From sequence record NC_041878.1: a stretch of 64,000 nt of DNA. One strand, given 5' to 3'. The notes below the pieces were generated by a model, which searched no databases, was not told where the DNA came from, and worked only from the letters and a program-made list of their open reading frames with translations. Within the stretch, counting starts at the first letter, position 1; every line of letters starts with the position of its first letter. The translations under genes and the position numbers were made by a program. Of this stretch, positions 36,109 to 44,964 are shown in pieces.

Positions 36109-36713
36109 TTCTTGACATTATTGCAGTACTTGTATCTCAATTTGGAATTACTGGTTTGTCAATTTTAGCATATCATCGTTTTATAAAACCAACTAAACCG
36201 ATTGATAAAAATGAACAAGAAACTTTACCGGCTCTTACTATTACACAATCATATAAGGCAGGTGAGTTAACACCATCGGAAACACTTGGCTTGGTTGTTC
36301 AGGAAATTGATGAACCTGTTGAAACAATTACTGCTGAAGAACATCTTAAACGATTAATCAAAATGTATCCACATGCAGCAAAAGATTATGAAAAATATCA
36401 TGCAGATAAGCGACTGAATAATCGGGCAGACCGTTATATTTTACGCATGATACTTGCTGTTGAAGCAGGTGAAATGAGTGTGAAGAAAACTTCACACCAT
36501 ATGGAATTTAGTAATGGCGATACTATTTGGACAAGTAATGCTTACTATGGTTATGGGAATCTCGATCACTCACCAGACAATCCACATTGTAAATTCGCAA
36601 GTGGTGAAGCACGTGTAAGTTTATACACATTTATGCGTATTGTTCATTTAGATGAAACAGAATTTGAACCAATTTTACGATTAAAAAATAAAACAATTAA
36701 GGTAGTAGCATGA
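36105..36713 (+). CDS. membrane-anchored hypothetical protein
   Basis: N-terminal TM helix, ATGA overlap. Confidence 0.7.
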   Translation: MILDIIAVLVSQFGITGLSILAYHRFIKPTKPIDKNEQETLPALTITQSYKAGELTPSETLGLVVQEIDEPVETITAEEHLKRLIKMYPHAAKDYEKYHADKRLNNRADRYILRMILAVEAGEMSVKKTSHHMEFSNGDTIWTSNAYYGYGNLDHSPDNPHCKFASGEARVSLYTFMRIVHLDETEFEPILRLKNKTIKVVA

Positions 36714-37069
36714 CTCAAGAACATTCATTTTATAAAGAAGTTGCTCGTTGCAAAACTTCTTATGTAACAATTCACATGGCAGGTGATTACGATACTGCGG
36801 TAACTTGTGCACGTAACTTCACATTCGAAGAAGGTGCTTGTTATCAACTTTCTCAATGTGACTATGTTTACACTGGTGGTAAAGAAGCTGGGATTACTGC
36901 TCGTGTTATTTGTTATCCACGCTTCCCTAAAACTGATGAACAGTTGATGGATGAAGCAACTCGCTTTGCATATATGTTGGCTGAAGCTTTATGTCAGAAA
37001 AGTTTCTCTATTGAAAGTTCAAACGAAACAATCTACTTCCAAAGTAATAAACCACTACACGGAAAATAA
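36710..37069 (+). CDS. hypothetical phage protein (YPRFP motif)
   Basis: YVYTGG.E.G...YPRFP. Confidence 0.7.
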   Translation: MTQEHSFYKEVARCKTSYVTIHMAGDYDTAVTCARNFTFEEGACYQLSQCDYVYTGGKEAGITARVICYPRFPKTDEQLMDEATRFAYMLAEALCQKSFSIESSNETIYFQSNKPLHGK

Positions 37070-37070
37070 T

Positions 37071-37205
37071 ATGAAAAATGCAATGATAGTACTAGCTGGT
37101 GTTCTGCTATGTGGTGTTGGTGCAATAGGTTACTTCAAAGATTTAAATCTTTGGGGTTTATGGGTAATTGCAGGGATTATCATAATCACTACACAGGTTG
37201 ATTAA
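37071..37205 (+). CDS. small membrane protein
   Basis: 44 aa, two hydrophobic segments; start reassigned to ATG 37071. Confidence 0.6.
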   Translation: MKNAMIVLAGVLLCGVGAIGYFKDLNLWGLWVIAGIIIITTQVD

Positions 37206-37206
37206 T

Positions 37207-37806
37207 ATGACAGCACGAAATAAAGTTATTAATAATCCACCAGAGCCTCATATTATCGAGCCATACAAGCCAGGTAATACAGTTGTTGGTGAAACATATG
37301 AAAACAGCAAAGAAATTTCAAAAGGACTATTTGCTATTTCAACTTATGTTGATTATAAAAACAAAAAAGGTGAACTAATTGAAGGATACCTTTTGCGTGT
37401 AAGGTATGTAGAAACTGCTAACCGTTTACCAAATACCTCAGACCTTTTGAACATGCCTATCGCAAAACTTGATTTCTATCTACAGAATGATACTTTTTAC
37501 GATAAGGCATTTCTAGAGAATATGGTTAAACCAGTACTGAACCGTAAAATCAAAGAAGCATACCGTGTTCATAAATCATGGTCTAAATGCTTATTGAATC
37601 CAGTACTTCGTAAGATCCAATTCTGGACTGATAAACCATTTGTAATTGCTTCTAAAATTACAGATAACCATGAGTTCATTCGTTATACTGCGAAACGTAT
37701 GAAACTTGTTAGTACTGAACAGATTAATCCACGCAAAGAAACTTATCAATATAAGTTCCGTGGCTGCTGGTTTAAAACTCTACAGTGTTTCTTCTTTGGT
37801 GAGTAA
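37207..37806 (+). CDS. hypothetical protein
   Basis: basic ~200-aa ORF. Confidence 0.7.
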   Translation: MTARNKVINNPPEPHIIEPYKPGNTVVGETYENSKEISKGLFAISTYVDYKNKKGELIEGYLLRVRYVETANRLPNTSDLLNMPIAKLDFYLQNDTFYDKAFLENMVKPVLNRKIKEAYRVHKSWSKCLLNPVLRKIQFWTDKPFVIASKITDNHEFIRYTAKRMKLVSTEQINPRKETYQYKFRGCWFKTLQCFFFGE

Positions 37807-37807
37807 A

Positions 37808-38128
37808 ATGGAACATGAATATACTGGTGAATTAAAACCGTGTCCATTTTGTGGACACTCACCATTACGTTATAATTTGATTGATAGTCTTCACCCAACT
37901 GGTATGCATTGGTTTAAATGTCCATCATTGGATGAACGATGGTTCGGTGAAGATATTGACTATGTACATTCCCATCAGAATCCTTTGCAATTGGTACTTG
38001 AACGTGAAATTACTGAACAGGGGAAGTACTGGCAATTTAGTTGCCTTGAAACCGAAGGTGGTTGCGGTGCAACACTTACTGGAACATCATGTGAAGATGT
38101 AATGAAAAAATGGAATACTAGGGTTTAA
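37808..38128 (+). CDS. Lar-family (restriction alleviation-like) Zn-ribbon protein
   Basis: ELKPCPFCG...C....GGCGA...KWNTR. Confidence 0.75.
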   Translation: MEHEYTGELKPCPFCGHSPLRYNLIDSLHPTGMHWFKCPSLDERWFGEDIDYVHSHQNPLQLVLEREITEQGKYWQFSCLETEGGCGATLTGTSCEDVMKKWNTRV

Positions 38129-38130
38129 TC

Positions 38131-38679
38131 ATGAATATCAGTACTTTTATTGAAGAAGCATACAAAACTGTAATTGAAGAATACCGTAAAACATTTAAAC
38201 ATCGTGCATCTTGTACAGATGAACGTACATGGATTATGGCTGAATATCCTCATTTGGTGCGGGATAGTAATATCAACCCGATCCTGTACGACATGAATGT
38301 GAATTCTTATGAATCCCCATTAGCTACCGGCATTTGTATGCCAGTAGCATTATTTGTCAAATCGTATATGAAAGATGTACACGATGTTGATGTAGAAATG
38401 GTTGGATTGTGGGAAGGTCATACATTCTGTCATTGCATTATAAAATACAAAGATAAGTATCACGATGCATTTTGGCCTGAAGGCACTAATGATGCTTCTA
38501 AAATACTTTTTGCTGATGAATGTGTTCATGGTGATGTTGAACGTATCATTAATTTGTATCGTTCTCATGAAGGTGCTGGTTTCCTTAAAACACATTTGTT
38601 TGATGCAGTCAAATCCCGACTGTACACAGAGCATGATAAAGACCAAAATTTTGTTCAAAATTTAGAACAAATTGCTTGA
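38131..38679 (+). CDS. hypothetical protein with possible papain-like Cys-His-Asp triad
   Basis: TGICMPVA...CHCII...YHDA. Confidence 0.5.
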   Translation: MNISTFIEEAYKTVIEEYRKTFKHRASCTDERTWIMAEYPHLVRDSNINPILYDMNVNSYESPLATGICMPVALFVKSYMKDVHDVDVEMVGLWEGHTFCHCIIKYKDKYHDAFWPEGTNDASKILFADECVHGDVERIINLYRSHEGAGFLKTHLFDAVKSRLYTEHDKDQNFVQNLEQIA

Positions 38680-38704
38680 CATGGCAGTGAGTATCATATA
38701 TCAT
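38676..38704 (+). promoter_or_regulatory. sigma70-type promoter
   Basis: TTGACA-N17-TATCAT upstream of the RNA ligase gene. Confidence 0.6.
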
Positions 38705-38738
38705 GCTCGAAATTAAACGAAACAAGAGAAAAATAAAA

Positions 38739-39995
38739 ATGACTGAATTAGTAACTGAAGGACGTAAACTGGTCACCATTCGTAAAGTTAATGCAGTTGA
38801 CCCAATTGAAAATGCAGACGCTATTGAAGTAGCAACTGTAGATGGTTGGCAGGTTGTAATTAAAAAAGGTGAATTTACCCCGACTAATTACTGTGTATTT
38901 TTTGAAATTGATTCTTTCTTACCTGCTGATAATCCTCTTTTTGGATTCCTTATTCGTAATGGAACTAAAAAAGATGAAGCTGGTGTAGAACGTATTCGTT
39001 TACGTTCTGTTAAACTTCGTGGTCAGATCTCCCAGGGACTTGCACTACCAATTGATATTATCAATATGGATACTGTTAATTCTCTGGCTGATGCAATGAA
39101 CATTAAAGAATCAGACGGTGTAGAACGTTTCTTTAAAGTACTTCGTACTCTTGAAGAAACTCGCGATGGTATTGAAAACTTTTTAAATGTCACTAAGTAC
39201 GAACGTCCTGATGAACGCAATGGCGGTACTGGTGCAGGTAAAGCTAAGGTTGCTGGGAACTTCCCAATCGTAGTACCGAAAACTGACGAAGATCGTATTC
39301 AGAATGTATTTGGTAAATTCAAACAGACTATGCAGGGTGTTCCGTTCCGTAAGTCTCTTAAACTGGATGGTTCTAGTCAGACTATTGCATTCTTCAACAA
39401 TCCAGACTTCTTTGTTGATAAAGTAGACGACGAAGTTGTTCAGTGGGATGAAGAATCTCAGGAATTGAAAGTAATTGAAGTTAAACCTTATCCGTTCCAG
39501 TGGGAAACTTGTCAGGTAGTTGTATGTTCTCGTAATCTGGCACTGAAGTTTGATGAAAATGCATCATTCTGGAAAGCAGCATTGAAAGATGATATTCCTG
39601 CACGACTGAAGAAGTACTGTGAAGATCATGATCGTCAGCTTGCATTGCAGGGGGAATGCATCGGACCTGGTATTCAGGGAAACCGTGAACAATTAGAAGA
39701 ACATGAATTCTATTGTTTCCGTATTTGGGATGTTGATAATCAAAACTTCCTTGATGATGCTGATTTTCTTGAAGTAACGAGTATTCTTGGTATTAAGATT
39801 GTACCACAAGGTGAAATTGTAAATTTCTTTGATGTATATGATACCATCAAAGATGCACTTAACAGTGCAGAACATGCAAGTATGGTTCATCCAATTGCAG
39901 AAGGTGATGTGTGGAAGAGTACTGTTAAAGTAAATGGACAAACTATTCACTTTAAAGTGATCAATAATGAATATCTATTAAAGTCAGAGAATTAA
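38739..39995 (+). CDS. ATP-dependent RNA ligase (DRB0094/Rnl2-like family)
   Basis: N-terminal OB-like domain (ADAIEVA, FEIDS, LRGQISQGL); motif I KLDGSS, QGE, EG.V.K, FKVIN. Confidence 0.88.
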   Translation: MTELVTEGRKLVTIRKVNAVDPIENADAIEVATVDGWQVVIKKGEFTPTNYCVFFEIDSFLPADNPLFGFLIRNGTKKDEAGVERIRLRSVKLRGQISQGLALPIDIINMDTVNSLADAMNIKESDGVERFFKVLRTLEETRDGIENFLNVTKYERPDERNGGTGAGKAKVAGNFPIVVPKTDEDRIQNVFGKFKQTMQGVPFRKSLKLDGSSQTIAFFNNPDFFVDKVDDEVVQWDEESQELKVIEVKPYPFQWETCQVVVCSRNLALKFDENASFWKAALKDDIPARLKKYCEDHDRQLALQGECIGPGIQGNREQLEEHEFYCFRIWDVDNQNFLDDADFLEVTSILGIKIVPQGEIVNFFDVYDTIKDALNSAEHASMVHPIAEGDVWKSTVKVNGQTIHFKVINNEYLLKSEN

Positions 39996-39997
39996 GA

Positions 39998-40606
39998 TTG
40001 TATAAAATTTGTGGAGTCGGTATCAATGATGCCGACTATAAAGTAACTTTTTATAATAATGATGGAAAAAGAAGCCACTGTCCTTTTTATAGACGATGGT
40101 CGAGTATGATAAATCGGTGTTATAATGGTAAATTTTCATCTTATAATAATTCAGAAGTTTGTGAAGAATGGTTAACTTTTTCTAACTTTAAAGCATGGAT
40201 GGAAACACAAGATTGGGAAAACAAAGAATTAGATAAAGATTTAATGTTTCCTAATAATCAAATTTATTGTCCTGATAAATGTTTATTTGTTCCTAAAGAA
40301 TTAAATTCTTTATTTGTGGATAGTAAATCCAATCGTGGTGATTATGCAATTGGTGTGTCCTTCGAAAAACGAAGAAATAAATTTGAGTCATATATTTCAC
40401 TTAATAATAAGAAAAAACATCTTGGATATTATCCAGATGAATATAGTGCACATTTTCAGTGGCAAATACATAAATTAAATTTGCTAGAAAATAGTTTATC
40501 GTTGTTTTCGGATCAAATATATTTGTCTATTATAAATTTAAGAATTGAAAAATTAAAAAATGATATGGAAAACTCAATTATAACTGAATCATTACATCAT
40601 TTTTGA
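39998..40606 (+). mobile_element. free-standing HNH-type homing endonuclease with AP2-like C-terminus
   Basis: GVGINDA, WSSMINRCY, VCEEWLTFSNF, LDKD, GVSF...KHLGYY. Confidence 0.8.
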
Positions 40607-40613
40607 AAATAAA

Positions 40614-40642
40614 TGAAACGCCACAAAAAAATGTGGTATAAT
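40614..40642 (+). promoter_or_regulatory. TGAAAC-class promoter
   Basis: TGAAAC-N17-TATAAT; followed by a leader hairpin at 40648-40682. Confidence 0.75.
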
Positions 40643-40736
40643 CATAGCATTAGAGGAAGTGCTGGGGAGCACAACTTCAATGAGTTTAAGAAGTGAGTCA
40701 ACAAAAAATTAATCCATTTCTGAAAAGGAAACAAAT

Positions 40737-42251
40737 ATGTCAGCATTTAAAAACGCAGTAAACAACGTAAACACAACCGCAGCAAATAACCGTTCTACAA
40801 CCGCTAATGGTGGTGCATCTCTAAAGAGTACCCTAAACCCATTGGTTGATCTGTTCTTCATGATCGGTTCTCTACGTAACAAAGATCTTGGTGCGTACAA
40901 AGCTCAATTTGACGCAGCATATGCAGCTAATTCAACATTAGCATTGCAGATGATTCTTTGGGCACGTGATATTCGTGGCGGTGCTGGTGAACGTAATACA
41001 CCACGTGAACTTTTAAAGTACTTGGAAGTTAAACATCCAGAAGATGTTTTGCGTGTGATTCCAGTACTTGCAGAATTCGGTCGTTGGGATGATCTTTTGA
41101 TCTTCAAAACTGCTGCTGCTAAGTCTGTGGCTTACGCTGCAATCGCAGAAGCACTACAAGCAGGAAATGGCCTTTGTGCAAAATGGATGCCACGCATCTA
41201 TAAGTTCAAAAAGAACGCACAAGGTGTTGTTGACATGAATACCACGGCTAACAAAAACCGTGCACATAACAACAAGATTGCTCGTGAAATCATGTCTGTG
41301 ATGAACATCAACGAGCGTACTTATCGTAAGCTACTTTCATCTTTGAGCAACACTGTTGAACAGAAGATGTGTGCTAACGAATGGGATGAAATCGAATACG
41401 GCAAGCTTCCATCAGTTGCAAGTTCTCGTTATCTACCAGCATTCATGAAACGTGATGAAAATCGCTATCGTGAGTACTTAGCTTCTCTTGAAAAAGGTGA
41501 AGCGAAAGTTAACGCTGGTGCATTGTTCCCATACGATGTAACTCGCAAGTTGAACACCACTGCACAAGCAACTACTCTTGCAGTAGCACAGTGGAATGAG
41601 TTGAAAAACTTTATGGGTGAAAACACCGCAGTACCAATGGTGGATACCTCTGGTTCCATGACTTGTCGTGCTGGTGATAGCGGTCTGTCTTGTATGGATA
41701 TTGCTATCTCTCTTGGTCTGTACATTGCAGATAAACAAGAAGGTGCGTTCAAAGACTTGTTCTTGAACTTTAGTACTCGTCCTCAGATTTTCGAACTGAA
41801 GGGTAATAACATTGCAGAGAAGCATCGCGATCTGTTCCGTTATACTGACAGTCGTTATTGGGGTGGCAGCACCAACATTGAAGCAGCTTTCCAGGAAGTT
41901 CTTCGTGTTGCAGTTGCACAGCAGGTTCCTGCTGACCAAATGCCAAAGAACTTAATTGTTCTTAGCGATATGGAGTTCAACGCATCAACTTCTGGAGCAT
42001 GGAATACCACTGCGTACAATAAAGCGAAAGCTGACTTTGCACGTGCTGGATATGAATTGCCAGTAGTTGTGTTCTGGAACTTAAACGCACGTGCGGGTAA
42101 CAACCCTGTGAAGTTCGACCAGAACAATGTAGCAATGGTAAGTGGTTTTAGTCCAACCGTACTAGAAGCAATTCTAAGTGGTGAGGATGTAGATCCAGTA
42201 CAGGTTATGCTACGTGCAATCGATACTCCACGTTATCGTGTACTAGGTTAA
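40737..42251 (+). CDS. DUF2828 / TROVE-like helical domain plus vWA domain protein
   Basis: WARDIRGGAGER, EFGRWDDL, CAKWMPR, YRKLLS, VEQKMC; MIDAS VDTSGSM and LSDMEF; FWNL. Confidence 0.85.
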   Translation: MSAFKNAVNNVNTTAANNRSTTANGGASLKSTLNPLVDLFFMIGSLRNKDLGAYKAQFDAAYAANSTLALQMILWARDIRGGAGERNTPRELLKYLEVKHPEDVLRVIPVLAEFGRWDDLLIFKTAAAKSVAYAAIAEALQAGNGLCAKWMPRIYKFKKNAQGVVDMNTTANKNRAHNNKIAREIMSVMNINERTYRKLLSSLSNTVEQKMCANEWDEIEYGKLPSVASSRYLPAFMKRDENRYREYLASLEKGEAKVNAGALFPYDVTRKLNTTAQATTLAVAQWNELKNFMGENTAVPMVDTSGSMTCRAGDSGLSCMDIAISLGLYIADKQEGAFKDLFLNFSTRPQIFELKGNNIAEKHRDLFRYTDSRYWGGSTNIEAAFQEVLRVAVAQQVPADQMPKNLIVLSDMEFNASTSGAWNTTAYNKAKADFARAGYELPVVVFWNLNARAGNNPVKFDQNNVAMVSGFSPTVLEAILSGEDVDPVQVMLRAIDTPRYRVLG

Positions 42252-42258
42252 TACCTAC

Positions 42259-42285
42259 AAAAGCCTCACTCCGGTGGGGCTTTTT
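42259..42285 (+). terminator. intrinsic terminator
   Basis: AAAAGCCTCAC-TCCG-GTGGGGCTTTT-T. Confidence 0.85.
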
Positions 42286-42303
42286 CATTTAAAAGGAACT
42301 TAT

Positions 42304-42444
42304 ATGAAGAATATTAGAAATCACTTCTTAGGACTTGTGATGATGTATAAAACATCGTTTGCAGTCAATCCCATTATTACAACTGTAGGAACTATTGTAG
42401 CATCTGCATTTGTATTATCTTTAGCTAAAATCTTTGGTTTATAA
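42304..42444 (+). CDS. small membrane protein (not in ORF track)
   Basis: 46-aa ORF MKNIRNHFLGLV...LAKIFGL; AAGGA RBS. Confidence 0.55.
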   Translation: MKNIRNHFLGLVMMYKTSFAVNPIITTVGTIVASAFVLSLAKIFGL

Positions 42445-42473
42445 TTGACATTACAATGTAGATGTGCTATTAT
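42445..42473 (+). promoter_or_regulatory. sigma70-type promoter
   Basis: TTGACA-N17-TATTAT with extended TG. Confidence 0.7.
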
Positions 42474-42497
42474 AAATTATAATAATAGAGGTGCATC

Positions 42498-42920
42498 GTG
42501 TCTGAGTATATTGAATTGGAAGGGTATATAGAATATGACCCTGACCGAAAGGAAATGAAAAGACGCACTCAGTATTGGTGTGTTTTACAGTTACCAAATG
42601 ATTTGGTTCGATATTATCAGTACTTTGTGCGTAAAGAAAAACATATTGAACTTGAAATGCCAGCGTGGGGTGCTCACTCCAGTATTATTCGTGGCGAAAA
42701 ACCAGATGATGAACATATTCACTTATGGAAAAAGTATCATCGGAAAAAAGTAAAGATTCGTTTTAAACCTGAGATTGTTGAGGTTAAAGACCGAAAGAAA
42801 GAAGGTAGTTTTTATATTATCAACTTTGAATCTCCTGAATTAACTGAAATTCGTCGTGAGTTAGGTTTGCCGGTTTATTCTGAGTTCCATATTACAATCG
42901 GGCGAACTTATTATGACTGA
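42498..42920 (+). CDS. 2H phosphoesterase superfamily protein
   Basis: two Hx(S/T) motifs, AHSSI and FHITI; GAGG RBS, GTG start. Confidence 0.7.
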   Translation: MSEYIELEGYIEYDPDRKEMKRRTQYWCVLQLPNDLVRYYQYFVRKEKHIELEMPAWGAHSSIIRGEKPDDEHIHLWKKYHRKKVKIRFKPEIVEVKDRKKEGSFYIINFESPELTEIRRELGLPVYSEFHITIGRTYYD

Positions 42921-43488
42921 AAATAAGTATAAAATTTTAGATTTAAAAAATGGACAATATGTTGAGATTATTACTGCTAACGGTGAAGTTGTTAATAGTC
43001 CTTTTGGTAAGATATTCCCAACATATGGTCATGCACTTTCATATCTTTACGAATGTCAGAAAATTAGTATTAACAACCAGAGATTTTTCAGATTAGATAG
43101 ATTTCAGGTTGAAGAACTAAAATTGATGAGAATCGGTTCTCTCACAGTGAATGAAACTATTCAAGGTGAAATAATGTCCGATCCTGATTCGGATGAAAAG
43201 ATTGGCTGGTTAAAATCTATACTGAAACAATCAGTACTTGATGGTTTTAACACCATGCAATCAGACTTTTTAAATTTTGTCTTGACATATGATAAATATG
43301 AACCTATAATGTCAGAAATAGTGCCGCCTCATATAATACAATGTATTGATGAGTTTAAAACGGTAGGAATTTTAAGCTGTGATCTTGACCTTTTGGGGTC
43401 AGTTTCCTTGACAGCAAGCGAGAAACAGCATAAAATGTTTGACATTGACGGCTTGTTCAAGCGAAGAACAGAAAAAGCTTCGAAGTAG
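42913..43488 (+). CDS. hypothetical protein
   Basis: 191-aa ORF coupled to the upstream gene. Confidence 0.65.
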   Translation: MTENKYKILDLKNGQYVEIITANGEVVNSPFGKIFPTYGHALSYLYECQKISINNQRFFRLDRFQVEELKLMRIGSLTVNETIQGEIMSDPDSDEKIGWLKSILKQSVLDGFNTMQSDFLNFVLTYDKYEPIMSEIVPPHIIQCIDEFKTVGILSCDLDLLGSVSLTASEKQHKMFDIDGLFKRRTEKASK

Positions 43489-43550
43489 TATTCGTACTAT
43501 TGTAGAAAGTCCAAAATGCGACTTTGTGCAAAATAAGGTCGCACTTATCA

Positions 43551-43599
43551 TCTTCCTTATTTTGTATTAGTTGCGAAACAAAATATGTAATAAGGAGGA
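43551..43599 (+). promoter_or_regulatory. RBS-sequestering hairpin of the lysozyme gene
   Basis: TCTTCCTTATT (43551-43561) pairs with AATAAGGAGGA (43589-43599), which contains the SD. Confidence 0.6.
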
Positions 43600-43602
43600 A
43601 TT

Positions 43603-44538
43603 TTGTATAAAGCGATACAAGAACTCAAGACTCGTGCTGGATTGAAATATATCTTAGTAGGTTTTCTGTTGCTTGCCGCTGCATTTGGATTAGGTTTTAT
43701 CTCACATGATCGTACTACATCATTAGTCTCACAAGAGGCAGTAGTACAACAAGAACCACAAATTACAATTCAAAAGCAACCGCCAGTTATTGTTCAGATA
43801 GAGCCTGAAGAAGAAACTGTTAGCAGAAAGCAATACAAAGTACTAAGTGGTGATAGTCTATGGACTATTGCGAACCGTATTAAACCACAAAATGTAGAAG
43901 TTAAAGAGTACGTAAAAGTACTTAAAGTGGTTAATCAGGATGCTGGAATGCATCCAGGTACAATGTTTGAAATTCCGAGTGCAGACGATTTGAAAGAAGT
44001 TATGTTACCTGACGTATTAATTCATTTTGACATTACCGATGAAACAGTAATTAATCATCTCAAGAAAGCAGAAGGAACAAGTGAATCCCAAGCTGTATTA
44101 AAACGGCGTTTACTTGGCGGTAAAGTTGGCCCATCTTTCAAAAATGGGAAGTTCTATCCGTACCGTGACAGTACTGGTCATTTCACGATTGGTTATGGTC
44201 ACTATCTCGGAAAGAGCGAAAAAGATGCTGTAAAATATCGCAATGGAATTAGCAAACGGCAAGCACATAATTTGTTGCTAAGTGATATGGAACGTACAAT
44301 GAACGATTTTGTTTTATTGTTACAACGTAAACGAGCAGTAGATTTAACCGTTGACCAACAGCGTATACTTTATGAAATGGCTTATACTATGGGCTGCGAT
44401 AAATTAGCGAAGTTTAATAAACTTTGGAAAAGCGTAGAAAATAGTAATGCACATAAATTCAAAAAAGAAATCAAAAACTCATTATGGTATAACCAGGTTG
44501 GTTCCAACCGTGTTGACTTATTATTGAGTAGTCTTTGA
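43603..44538 (+). CDS. membrane-anchored LysM + T4-lysozyme-like (GH24) muramidase
   Basis: N-terminal TM helix; YKVLSGDSLWTIA LysM; KAEG...YRDSTGHFTIGYGH catalytic pattern; SLWYNQV; TTG start with AAGGAGG. Confidence 0.85.
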   Translation: MYKAIQELKTRAGLKYILVGFLLLAAAFGLGFISHDRTTSLVSQEAVVQQEPQITIQKQPPVIVQIEPEEETVSRKQYKVLSGDSLWTIANRIKPQNVEVKEYVKVLKVVNQDAGMHPGTMFEIPSADDLKEVMLPDVLIHFDITDETVINHLKKAEGTSESQAVLKRRLLGGKVGPSFKNGKFYPYRDSTGHFTIGYGHYLGKSEKDAVKYRNGISKRQAHNLLLSDMERTMNDFVLLLQRKRAVDLTVDQQRILYEMAYTMGCDKLAKFNKLWKSVENSNAHKFKKEIKNSLWYNQVGSNRVDLLLSSL

Positions 44539-44560
44539 TTGGTACACTAAGGAGTACTTT

Positions 44561-44899
44561 ATGATCCATCATGAAATTGTTTATAATGATAACATCTCTG
44601 TGTCAGAAGAATTAGAATTCCACACCTTTGACGCTTTCGATAAACTTGAGAAATTTATCGGGAACGATAACGTAGATTTCCGTACTACATATTCAAAAGA
44701 AGGCAATTCTTTTAAAGTTCATTCACACGGTGTTCATAACGGTGTGCAATTTGATGCACATGCAGTAGATGATGATGTGTATAAAGGTGTCGATCTCACG
44801 GTTGCTAAGTTGGAAGCACAACTTCGCAAAGAGAAAGGTAAACGTACTAATATTAATCGTGATATTGACGTTGTTTCTGAAGAAGAATCTGAAGAATAA
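44561..44899 (+). CDS. ribosome hibernation factor HPF/RaiA (S30AE) homologue
   Basis: DDVYKGVDLTVAKLEAQLRKEK matches the HPF C-terminal helix pattern DMYAAIDL..DKLERQLRK. Confidence 0.8.
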   Translation: MIHHEIVYNDNISVSEELEFHTFDAFDKLEKFIGNDNVDFRTTYSKEGNSFKVHSHGVHNGVQFDAHAVDDDVYKGVDLTVAKLEAQLRKEKGKRTNINRDIDVVSEEESEE

Positions 44900-44902
44900 A
44901 CC

Positions 44903-44931
44903 TTGACAGTACGATAAAAAAGTGCTACATT
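44903..44931 (+). promoter_or_regulatory. sigma70-type promoter overlapping a terminator
   Basis: TTGACA-N17-TACATT with extended TG. Confidence 0.65.
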
Positions 44932-44934
44932 AAT

Positions 44935-44964
44935 AGGACAGGCAGCGATGCTCTGTCCTTTTTT
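44935..44964 (+). terminator. intrinsic terminator
   Basis: AGGACAG-GCA-GCGA-TGC-T-CTGTCCT plus T run. Confidence 0.7.

Noticed and set aside
40643-40736. Y RNA next to the TROVE-like gene
   Set aside because: A hairpin is present but I could not find the bulged Ro-binding helix consensus or a tRNA-like module; kept only as a structured leader.
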